Below are positions 12,941-24,067 of a stretch of DNA of 64,000 nt, one piece after another; positions within the stretch are counted from its first letter, which is position 1; the number at the start of each line of letters is the position of its first letter. This DNA comes from Macrostomum hystrix (lineage: Eukaryota > Animalia > Platyhelminthes): NCBI GenBank assembly GCA_950097015.1, contig CATNEN010000012.1, positions 2,356,001 to 2,420,000 of the forward strand. Direction: 5' to 3'. Both the position numbers and the translations under genes were made by a program. Below the pieces are notes generated by a model, which had not been told where the DNA came from, did no database searches, and saw only the letters and a program-made list of their open reading frames with translations.

Positions 12941-14367
12941 AGTGCCCGTCAAATTGGGCTGCCGGTATCAGCATAAATGCCTGCCTGGAGCGGCTACCGT
13001 GCCTTCGTCAGCCCGTGTCATGTCAACATCCCCATGGACGCTTCCCAGCCAATCAGCTTCGCCGCGGTAACTGAGCAGGATTTTAGTCTTGGCCAACCAA
13101 AGTCCAAATCCTTTTCTCCAACTGTCGGACAATAGTTGCCAGGCGACCTAGCCTGTCTGTGACTCAATTTGGAGCTAGCTCAACAACACACACGCGCGCG
13201 CACACTTCTCTAGATGGATCTTTTGTTAGTTTGATTGGGACCACATCGACGAATGGCATTTTAGGCCTATAGAAATGGGGGACAGGGGGGCATCAGTTTG
13301 TGTTTTAGCAGACCCGATCAGGGGGCGTCCCTGAGGCTCCTCATTCAAATTAATATTTCATCCGGTTTTTCGGTAATGAATAGATCACTAACTGCTATGG
13401 GGAGCACATACACTCCCAATAGCCCCTCTCCTCATCCACCCGCTAAAAATGATTATCGCTATAACTCCTCCTTTGTTTGAGTGCCTCTGTCCTGCAGTCA
13501 CATTCTCCCTGGTCGAAGCCCCTCTGTTACAGGCCATAGCACATTCCTGCTCTGCATAGAAACTGATGCTGCATTGCAGTGGAGGCGTTGGTTGAAGGGA
13601 GAATAATTATGCAGTTTTGGAGCATATTAAGGGATAATAATTAAGCGTCAAGGATGATGACTTGCTAAGCTAGGAGGATGGGGTCGGCCACTTGGCGTGG
13701 GATGACACGGCTGCTGCAGCAGAAGCTCGCAAGGATAGGTCCACCAATTATTTTACAATCGCTAGGCAGACAACAATGCTGCGTTATTGAATTGCTTCGC
13801 TGCAGCCGTCCTGCATAGGCACCACCTTCAGCATGTGAAGATAAAAATAGATCTGCGAGTCAGTGACGATGGCGCCGCACACGACAATGTCCAAAAACGG
13901 ATGGGTGATGCGGGCAAATTAATTTAAAGGAGACAGTCTACTGCATGGCGCGACAGTTTTTATAAGCGCTTCAAAAACTTTATCAACTTTATCGTTTCAA
14001 CAATAAACTGCCAAGATGAAGCTAATTTGGAATCGACAGACAAAAGTCGGTTTATTGCCAACGAGTATTAGTCATTCTTCAAATAAATTTTTGTTATATA
14101 CAGTTAATGAGCATTTTCATTGCTCCTGCTGGACTTCCTATACATCAATAAGGGCGTTGCTATCATTCATTTCAGTCTCAGTCGATGAGTAATAGATATA
14201 ATTTTATTAAATTGTTGGACCATTTGTTTCGTTACTTTTTGGACGCACAGATCGTCCTGAGAAAACAAATTGAGCATTGAGCTGGACGTGGGACATAATT
14301 TTGAGGCTCGTTAAATAATTGCCATTCCTTAAGCATGTATTTTTTCTGAAGCTTAAGCTTTCGCTTT

Positions 14368-14446
14368 GAATCCAGGTGTTTCAGTTGTCCCTTCGAATCC
14401 AGGTGTTTCAGTTGTCCCTTCGAATCCAGGTGTTTCAGTTGTCCCT
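14368..14446. repeat. Three tandem copies of a 27 bp unit GAATCCAGGTGTTTCAGTTGTCCCTTC
   Basis: Copies start at 14368, 14395 and 14422. Confidence 0.9.
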
Positions 14447-14753
14447 ATGACGTTGTACATTAAGTACAAGCACTACGTTTTTTCATGATTTTGACGAAGT
14501 ACTTGTAAAGTTTTTCTGTTTAAGGCTCGTTTACAGAGGTCGCCTGGTTGTGATGACTGAGTAATTTCTGCGCGCAGGTCAATGCATGTATTGAACGTGC
14601 AGTGAACTCAAATATGTAACAATGATGTCCGTTCAGAGTATTAAAATTCGCGATTATACACATAATAACTCAGTTACCAGTTTTAGAGCAAAAAGACACG
14701 ATGGTATATACAATTGTAAGTAAATTATTTCGAAAGGAAAACTGTGCCTGAAA

Positions 14754-15199
14754 GGATCCTAGACACTTCGTCATCTTACAACTTCGTCATCTTACAACTT
14801 CGTCATCCACTTGGAAGGTAGGACACTTCGTCATCCAGCCAATTGGCATGCTTTAAAGTTTGGTCAGTTCGTCATCTACTAATAACAAGCAATCAAGTTC
14901 GTCATCAATAAAGTGAGGGTGCATGGGGTGGTGGGGCAGAGGTGTGAACACACTTCACACTCTAAATTGTCAAAAAGAGGTGTCAAAACTGATTTAATTA
15001 TAAGAGTTGAAAGATAGGTGCCAACACGATGTGAGGAGGTGGGGAGGGGTGGTTCGATCTGTTCTAACTTTGAAAACTTTTGTTTTATAGATGACGAAGT
15101 GTCCACAAGTCTAAGTCTCTTCGTAATCCACCCTCTGAGATATTAGACAGATCGTCATCTGGATGACGAAGTTGTAAGATGACGAAGTGTCCAGGTACC
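14754..15199. mobile_element. MITE with GG-terminal inverted repeats and subterminal ACTTCGTCATC repeats (Merlin-like by TIR and TSD, tentative)
   Basis: Left end GGATCCTAGACACTTCGTCATCTTACAACTTCGTCATC; right end reverse-complement GGTACCTGGACACTTCGTCATCTTACAACTTCGTCATC. Flanks GCCTGAAA (left) and GCCTGCTGAAA (right) look like an 8-bp TSD with a 3-bp slip. A second partial copy lies at 62557-62816. Confidence 0.8.
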
Positions 15200-16027
15200 G
15201 CCTGCTGAAACACGCTGTATACGATTGTCGAAAGCTAATTGTTACCTTCATAGTTTTTTTGTCCGGGCTTAAAGAGTCAACAGTTATATCAAGCAATTAA
15301 ATCGGAGAAAAAAAACTAATGTGAGTAAAATGCAATACAAAATATTGATCTCGAGTCAAATGTGTTGTAATACTCGGTTGAAATATAATCGTAAAACATT
15401 GTAACAAAAAAATTATATTGCAACATTTCAAAAACGTGTTATTTTCTAAAACGTGCTTTCGTCCAGTGCACCGAAGTCGTCAGTTGTGTATTTGGGTCAG
15501 GCTTACTTTATTGTTTTTGACCAGTTATCTTTACAGAAGGAAGCTTCTAAAGAGATAAATATATAGCATCCTTTCGATTCTAAAAGAAAGAGGACTAATA
15601 TTAGCTATTTATCAACATACTTTTTACATAGGCCTATATATTTAAAAACATTTGAAGTGGCAAGTTGCTACTTCGCCTACTAGCTGATGTATTTTTCGTA
15701 TAAAGTATCAATGATACATGACCAATATGACCAATACTTTGACAAGCATAAATAAATGTATAAAATTAAATATTATAATAAAAATTTTTGGCCAGTTTCA
15801 TAATTTGATGCTAACTTGAGTCTTGTCAATGACTCAATGTTTGTGACTTTAGTTGCATGTTAAACTGCATGTTTTTCTGCATGTTAAATGGCATGTAAAA
15901 CCACATTGTAATGTGCTTGCATCTCAAATGGCTAACAAAAGTCTGATTTGCTAGACATGAGTTTTTACAATTTAAACCTATATGCATAGCATTGCACAAA
16001 TTTGAATACTTAGAATAAGATAAAGAG

Positions 16028-16109
16028 ATATGATTTGCAATCTGATAAATGCCATGTCTGACTGTCCAATCCTACACGAGAAACTGTCAGCCCTAATGAT
16101 GGCCACAGA
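16028..16109 (+). pseudogene. Diverged duplicate fragment of the BARD1 5' end
   Basis: GCAATCTGATAAATGCCATGTCTGACTGTCCAATCCTACACGAGAAACTGTCAGCCCTAATGATGGCCACAG aligns to ~18236-18306 (MSDCPILHEKLSALMMAT vs MSDWPILREKLSALMMAT). Confidence 0.85.
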
Positions 16110-16135
16110 AGTAATTCTTCTAACTAAGCTTATAT

Positions 16136-16879
16136 CCATAGTCCCGAGTATGCTCCGTGCACGCGAGAACTGTTTTTGCCCTTGCACGCCGTACGCGGAA
16201 GGTCAACCACCAATGCACGCCACATGCTAAGCTGAATGACGGGGGGAAGGTTCCAACTTCCAGCGTCCAATGTATGAATGCGTTTTTATGCTTTTATCCT
16301 AAATAAATGTGCTGTGCTATTTTTTCTAGCTATGCTAAACCTGTTTTATAAGTCAAGACACACTTTCAAATGATAAGCAAAAAAAAACAGTTAAACGAAA
16401 TACTATACGGTTTGTACTCGTATTTATTATAAGTTGAAATGCTTTGTAAGTTTGTACAGCATAAAAATTTGCGCTGCGCAGCTCACACCAAAAAAATTTG
16501 CTGCCTCTCGGCTGCATGCTGTGCACACAGCCCATCACTGCCCACATACATGAGCAATACCCGGCCGAACCGGCCGGGTGAAACGAGGGCCAAGCAAGGT
16601 AAGTCGCAAAAACCAATCAACCAAGTGCAAAAAAATCAAAGGGGGGACCAAGGGACAAAAAAGGAAGGCGTGAAGAAAAGGAAAAAGGGGAGAGAAAAAG
16701 AGAGCAAATGAGAGCAAACTAAGTTGTAAATAGAGCAATGAAACGAACCAAGTCGCAAATGAGAGCAAAAACTAAGTCGCATGGCCGGCTAAGATTTGGG
16801 AGGTTGCGCATGTATGACTGCCCAAGACCCTGTTGCACGCGAGAATTTTCCCCAAAAAACAGTATCTTCGGGAGTATGG
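16136..16879. mobile_element. Non-autonomous DNA transposon (~744 bp) with 12-bp TIR and perfect 8-bp TSD
   Basis: TIR CCATAGTCCCGA / CCATACTCCCGA (11 of 12 match). TSD GCTTATAT at 16128-16135 and 16880-16887. No transposase ORF. An 8-bp TSD fits hAT, P or Merlin; superfamily not determined. Confidence 0.8.
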
Positions 16880-18251
16880 GCTTATATTAATGTCTAGAAA
16901 TTATTATACATGTCTATGACATGGTCCTGTTTATTCACACTTAATCCTCACAATTGCTACTAGGCTATCTGCTATTTTAGTGATACTTTTGCTATATTTG
17001 ATGTTTAATTATTTTTACATGCCTCCAAAACATTACAATGCTTATTCACATTTCTAACCCTCAGTTTTTGCAAACAAGCTTATTAGGCCCTAGTAATACT
17101 ATTATTTTAAACCAAAAAATTAACAACTGTTTGAAAATGTGTCTCTATAGGTGATGTGATTCTGTTAAAATTGTTCTTCCTTCCTTCTTCCTTTTTGGTA
17201 TGGTAATAATAAGCCTAGTAGTCAACTTTTGTGTCTAGCTATTATGTTGTCTGGCCATTTTGATGTGTAACCAGGTAAGAAAGTTTTAACAACATAAGTA
17301 TTGATTTCTTCATTACATTGTTTTGACTTCAGAAAAGGTTATTGTGTATCAAAACATGTTATTTCTAAAAATGCCCCAGAAAAGCCTTACTTCATTTCAG
17401 TACTGGTAAAAACCAATAGTTATATTTTCAATAGTGAGACATGAGTCATGAGTAGCACAGGCTATAGTTTAAGACCAAAACTTATAATATTTTGATTGGC
17501 AAGTGGGTAGAAAAAGTAGCAATCATGTAGATCAATATAAATTTCAAGAAAGTTTTTTAGCTCAAACTCTAATAAATGAGCAAGCATAATTCTTGCCAAC
17601 AATAAGCTCCAACAGTAAATGTCACACTGGCAGATGTTCATCTATATGCAAAATTAAACATAGCAAAAGTCATAATTAAAACTGAGTTTTACAATGTTTG
17701 AAAGAATGTTTTCTCACAGAAATAAAATAGAACTATACTAGGCTATTCTGGGCAAGCTATCTATCTTTCCTGAACCTATTGAAATGAAGATTTATACTGG
17801 TAATTATTTAATTGACCCATGATTGTAGCTAAAGCAGTCTTGCTATGTTGCAATCTTTGTCTTATCACTGATTTCAGCCTTAACTTGCTATCATATAATT
17901 TTAGATAAGGCATAATTTCTTATCTTGCTTACTATCCTTCTATGTGATGTGTAATACTATATCTATTATATACATTAGTAGCCAAGTTTTCATTCATATT
18001 TTTCTCTACTTTCTCAATACTTAAATATGATTTGCAAGTCCTAGCTTTCAAAAAGAGCTTTGCTAAGAGCTTAATTAGAATTTTAATATTTAAAACTAAT
18101 AATAGCAGCATCAATACATAAACATATGCCTCCACAGTCGCAGAAATCGAACATCAAATTCCTAAATCTAACAGGAAAATTAAAAGCTGTTGATTGAAAA
18201 CCTGATTGTAGAGCCTAGTTAGAATCAAGTATTCAGCAATCTGATAAAGCC

Positions 18252-21200
18252 ATGTCCGACTGGCCAATCCTACGCGAGAAACTGTCGGCCCTAATGATGG
18301 CCACAGGCTGTTCCACCGGCACCAATCGATGCAGCAGCGGCGGCGGCCCTGGAACCCACCTGCTGCCCTGCGGCCACAGCCTCTGCTCCGACTGTCTGGC
18401 GGGCAAGCGTCCAGGCGGCGCGTTCCGCTGTCCGGGCTGTAACGGGCTTGTCCGCAGCGGCCCGAAGTCTGCCCAGGCCTACGACGCCCTGACGGAATCG
18501 TTGACTCTTGTCTGGGAGATGGCCGCTATGCTTGAAAAGGATGACGGCGACGCTGACAATAAGGCGGCCTCGGTGCGCCAGAGTATCGAGTCCTCCATCG
18601 ATAGAATGCGTGGCCTGATGTCTGAGCTGCGTCAGTTTGTTGACATCTCCGACTCCGCCGCCACCACCGCCGCCACCACCGCCGCCGCTGGCAAAGCTCC
18701 AGTAGGAACAGCCTCCGGACGGAAGCGCGGTGCAGCTGTTGAAAGTGACTCAGCCGAGGCAGCTTCTACGGAAGAAGCTAGAACTGATGAGGATAATAAC
18801 GATGATGTTGGAGAAAAAACTGCCACCCCGCCGGCTAAGATGACAAAGCAGAATAAAAGACAGTCGGGTCGAATCTCTGTTGGTAGCACGCCTCAGCAGT
18901 CGCAGGCTAGCGTCAGGGTAAGCTTCTAATAAACTGATTTTCTACTATACGCTCAGTCCACCACGTTTAGCTGCTCAATATCTTAATTGTTTAGCTGTTT
19001 GAGCTTGTCCTTCGCCCATTGAGGTTTTTGAGATATCACTCACTCATTCAGCTGTTTGAGTATATCACTCACTCATTCAGCTGTTTGAGCATATCACTCA
19101 CTCATTCAGCTGTTTGAGCATATCACTCACTCATTGAGTTGTTTGAGCATATCACTCACTCATTCAGCTGTTTGAGCATATCACTCACTCATTCAGCTGT
19201 TTGAGCATATCACTCACTCATTCAGCTGTTTGAGCATATCACTCACTCATTGAGTTGTTTGTGCATATCACTCACTCATTCAGCTGTTTGAGCATATCAC
19301 TCACTCATTCAGCTGTTTGAGCATATCACTCACTCATTCAGCTGTTTGAGCATATCACTCACTCTGGCGCATCGTCACTCGCCCTAGCAGCAGCAGGAGA
19401 GGAAAACTTTGACGCCTGCAAGCCGGAAGGAGCAGAAGAAGCCTCAGTCGGCAACGGATGATGCGGGTGCAGTTGGTCAGTTAAACAGCAGCCAGCCGGC
19501 AACACCGCTGCAGGAGCGGGACTCGGGCAACTCTGCTGGCCGTGCGGTGTCTGTCGCTCCGGCTGGCAAACGGCTGGCCAAGGAGGCGCGCATATCGCAA
19601 AGTCCCGGCCTGAACTATTCACAGCGCAGCGTTGGCAATATTGACAAGCGAAATCGCAAGGGCGAGACGCTGCTGCAGGTAAGAGTTGTGTTCTATACTT
19701 CACTGACAGCACACAGAATCCACACTGACAGCACACAGAATCCACACTGACAGCACACAGAATCCACACTGACAGCACACAGAATCCACACTGACAGCAC
19801 ACAGAATCCACACTGACATCACACAGAATCCACACTGACAGCACACAGAATCCACACTGACAGCACACAGAATCCACACTGACAGTAGGCAGTTACCAAT
19901 GACCGCTCTAGGTGGCCTGCATCCGCGGTGACCTAGCGAAGGCCACGCAGCTGCTGGCCGAAGGCGCTGATCCCAACAACAAGGACAACGCCGGCTGGAC
20001 GCCGCTGCACGAGTGCGTCAGTCGAGGCCACGTGGCGCTGGCCCGGCTGCTGCTGGAGAACGGCGCCAACGCCAATGTACCAGGCGGTGACAATGACACA
20101 CCGCTTCACGAGGCTGTTGAAACCGATCATCTGGAGATCGCTCGGCTGCTGATGCAGTACGGAGCTGACGCGGATCAGGTCAATTTGGCCGGGCGAACGC
20201 CAAGGTAATGCGTTTATTGTCTGTCTATTTTACTAACCATTTTTTTCTAGTTTGCATGTTTTTGTCTACTATTAGTAGTAGTTTTTTATATTAATCAATC
20301 GGCTAAAAACTAAGTTACTAACAGGCAGCTGTGCTTTCCCCTCTCCCATGCCTCTCTCGCCTCTCCCATGCCTCTCTCCCCACTCCCATGCCTCTCTCCC
20401 CTCTCCCATACCTCTCTCCCCTCTCCCATGCCTCTCTCCCCTCTCTTGTGCCTCTCTCCCCTGTCCCATGTCTCTCTCCCCTCTCCCATGCCTCTCTCCC
20501 CTCTCCCGTGCCTCTCTCCCCTGTCCCATGTCTCTCTCCCCTCTCCCATGCCTCTCCCCTCTCCCGTGCCTCTCTCCCCTGTCCCATGTCTCTCTCCCCT
20601 CTCCCATGCCTCTCCCCTCTCCCGTGCCTCTCTCCCCTGTCCCATGTCTCTCTCCCCTCTCCCATGCCTCTCCCCTCTCCCGTGCCTCTCTCCCCTCTCC
20701 CATGCCTCTCTCCCCTGTTATTAATCAGTTTTGATTACTCAATCAGCTAAACACTAAATTACTAAACAGGCAGCTGTGTCGCAATCAAGCTATGCGTCAA
20801 GTTCTAGACCAGACCAAACCGATCGAAGGCCTCTCTAGCATCCAGTCGACTAGCGGCGCTGGCGCCATCTCGTCGTCGGCTGAGTCAGCCGCAGCCGCGG
20901 CCGCAGCCGCTGCCGCCGCCAGGCCGCCGCAGCTGGTTAGCACCGGCCTGTCCAATAAGGATCGAAAGCTGACTGTACAGCTGGCTGCAATGCTTGGCGG
21001 CACGTCGGCTGATGTTAGTACTGCAAGGGAATTACTTCGGTTAAATTTGGCGTTTTTTAACTGTTTTATGTACTCGATTTCGTTCCTCAAGCAATTGTTG
21101 TCCATTAGCATTCCCAGATCCCAAACTATTTATCCGAACTGATTCCAAATATATTCCAAAATACTCCAAACTGTTTTCTAAGTTAAAAACTCTTGCCAGG

Positions 21201-23828
21201 TCTCTAATCAATTATGTTCCACATTTCCTATCGATCCCAAAATGTTTCTGGATTTCAAATCGATCCCAAAATCTTTCTGGATTTCCAATCGATCCCAAAA
21301 CCTTTCTGGATCTCCAATCGAATCCCAAAATCTCCCTAGATCTCTAATCGATCCCAAAATTTTTCCAGATCCTCAATCGATCGCAAAATATTCTCAGATC
21401 CTCAATCGATCCCTATATTTTCCCAGATCTCTAATCCATCCTAAAATTTTCCCAGATCCTCAATCGATCCCAAAATCTTCCTAGATCTCTAATCGATCCC
21501 AAAATTTTCCCAGATCCTCAATCGATCCCAAAATTTTCCCAGATCCTCAATCGATCCCAAAATCTTCCCAAGTCTCTAATCGATCCCAAAATCTTCCGAG
21601 ATCTCTAATCGATTCCAAAATCTCCCCAGATCTCTAATCGATCCCAAAATTTTCCCAGATGCTCAATCGATCCCAAAATATTCCCAGATCCTCACTCTTT
21701 CCCAAAACCTTCCCGGATTGTCAATCGATCCTAAAATTTTCCCAGATCCTCAATCGATCCCAAAATTTTCCCAGATACTCAATCGATCCTAAAATTTTCC
21801 AGATACTCAATCGATCCTAAAATTATCCCAGATCCTCAAACGATTCCAAAATCTTCCCAGACCACCAATCGATTTCCAAAACTTTCCCAGATGTCCAATC
21901 GATCCCAAAAATTTCCCAAATCCTCAATCGATCCAAAATTTTCCTAGATCTCCAATCGATCCCCAAGTCTTTCCTGATCCTGAATCGATCCTCAAAAGCT
22001 TCCTATAATTTCCAATACGTTCTGTTCCGTATAGAAATGTTTAGGCCAGGTGTAAAGCCATTGACACACCACCGCAGTTATTGCGCGGCGCATCTTAAGG
22101 CTTGTGTACAGCTGTTCAGTCCATTGGGGTAGGCCGCTAGGTCAGAAATCTTTAGCTATATCTGTTTTCCATATTTATTTTCTCCTCAGAGTTGTTAGTC
22201 CGAATGCGCAGAATTAGCTAAGCAAGTTATAATTAAAAATAAATGGGATTCTTGCATTTCTCTAGTCAGTGCAAAACGACACCACACACCTGGTGACCTC
22301 CGTGGATGAGCGAGGCTCCGCGCCGCGCACGCTAAAATTTCTTGAAGCTGCCGCACTCGGCCGATGGATTGTCAGCTTTGAATGGGTTCAGCAGTGCGCC
22401 AATGCCAGGACTCGCGTCTCCGAGGAGCCCTTCGAGGTGGCGGGCACCTGCACCCTGCCGGATACTGGCGGCCCAAGACGCTCCAGACTCAACCGGCTGC
22501 AGGTGAGGGCTCGATACAACTGCTTCAACTGGGCTGTCATTAACTTACTTGGGATTCAGTGAGCTGTCATTAACCTAAATGGGATTCAGTGAGCTGTCAT
22601 TAACCTACTTGGGATTCAGTGAGCTGTCATTAACCTGCTTGGGTTTCAGTGAGCTGTCATTAACCTACATGGGTTTCAGTGAGGTGTCATTAACCTACTT
22701 GGGTTTCAGTGAGCTGTCATTAACCTACTTGGGTTTCAGTGAGCTGTCATTAACCTAAATGGAATTCAGTGAGCTGTCATTAACCTACTTGGGATTCAGT
22801 GAGGTGTCATTAACCTACTTGGGTTTCAGTGAGCTGTCATTAACCTACTTGGGTTTCAGTGAGCTGTCATTAACCTGCTTGGGTTTCAGTGAGCTGTCAT
22901 TAACCTAAATGGAATTCAGTGAGCTGTCATTAACCTAAATGGGTTTCAGTGAGCTGTCATTAACCTACTTGGGATTCAGTGAGGTGTCATTAACCTACTT
23001 GGGATTCAGTGAGCTGTCATTAACCTAAATGGGATTCAGTGAGCTGTCATTAACCTAAATGGGTTTCAGTGAGCTGTCATTAACCTACTTGGGTTTCAGT
23101 GACCTGTCATTAACCTACATGGGTTTCAGTGAGCTGTCATTAACCTACTTGGGATTCAGTGAGGTGTCATTAACCTACTTGGGATTCAGTGAGGTGTCAT
23201 TAACCTACTTGGGATTCAGTGAGGTGTCATTAACCTACTTGGGATTCAGTGAGGTGTCATTAACCTACTTGGGATTCAGTGAGGTGTCATTAACCTACTT
23301 GGGTTTCAGTGAGGTGTCATTAACCTACTTGGGTTTCAGTGAGCTGTCATTAACCTACTTGGGTTTCAGTGAGCTGTCATTAACCTACTTGGGTTTCAGT
23401 GAGCTATCTTTCCAACTCATAATCCAACTCAGGGCCTGCCTCCGCTGCTCAACGGTTGCCATTTTCACCTGGATGCGGCCAGCGTGGGACCCAGTGCGAA
23501 TCCGTCGCGCCAGGAGCTCGGCCGCCTCATCAGCATGGCTGGCGGCATGCTGGTTGCTCGCGAGCCGAAGCCGGGCTTCTTGCAGGATTTTGTCTGGTCC
23601 AAGCCCTTCCACGCGGCCAAGGGCTCCCAGCTGTCCAGTTGCGCTGTTGTGATTCTATTCGATGCTAAACAGCTGCAGCAGCAGCAGCAGCAGCAGTCTG
23701 GTTTGGGTTCCAAGAAGAAAGCCGGCAGTGTCGTCGCGAACGCCAATCGTCCAGAGATTGAAGGCGTACTGTACAGATCTATCGACTGGCTGATGGACTG
23801 CCTGACTCGGTTTGAACTAGCCGACTGA
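18252..23828 (+). CDS. BARD1: BRCA1-associated RING domain protein 1, ~708 aa (exons 18252-18917, 19388-19678, 19912-20204, 20770-21013, 22266-22502, 23433-23828)
   Basis: N-terminal RING (PCGHSLCSDC...CPGC), ankyrin repeats (KRNRKGETLLQVACIRGD, GWTPLHEC, DTPLHEA), tandem BRCT (STGL, THLV, RTLKFL, WIVSFEWV, LLNGCHF, WLMDC). GT-AG junctions keep the frame. The exon 4 donor (GTTAGT) and exon 5 acceptor are the least certain; the exon 2 acceptor has NAGNAG alternatives. Confidence 0.93.
19030..19362. repeat. Minisatellite, 29 bp unit GCTGTTTGAGCATATCACTCACTCATTCA, BARD1 intron 1
   Basis: Period 29; ends ~25 bp before the acceptor. Confidence 0.93.
19697..19885. repeat. Minisatellite, 22 bp unit CACTGACAGCACACAGAATCCA, BARD1 intron 2
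   Basis: Period 22; occupies most of the 233-bp intron. Confidence 0.93.
20335..20717. repeat. CT-rich minisatellite (~19-20 bp, CTCTCCCATGCCTCTCTCCC), BARD1 intron 3
   Basis: Directly visible; flanked by a ~40-bp direct duplication. Confidence 0.93.
21230..22000. repeat. Degenerate 29 bp minisatellite (AATCGATCCCAAAATTTTCCCAGATCCTC), BARD1 intron 4
   Basis: Period 29 between AATCGATCCC copies. Confidence 0.9.
22530..23405. repeat. Minisatellite, 30 bp unit GTCATTAACCTACTTGGGATTCAGTGAGCT, nearly all of BARD1 intron 5
   Basis: Period 30; intron is 22503-23432. Confidence 0.95.
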
Positions 23829-24067
23829 CTCAGTCTTTAATGCGGCCATCGAACTTCAGAACCAGTCTCTGCGTTGTCCTTAGCTTGCTAACCGTGTTCT
23901 ACTAATCGCTGTTGTGCCTCTTGTACGCTCGTATTTAGCAGCTCCTGTAACTGATGCTGGGCTTTGATTTTTCACCTTTGCAACAAAACTTCATGCTACC
24001 AATTTCACCCCAATTTTTACACTTTACATTTCCCCATGTCCACCTCATTAAGCCATTAAATTGCCCA

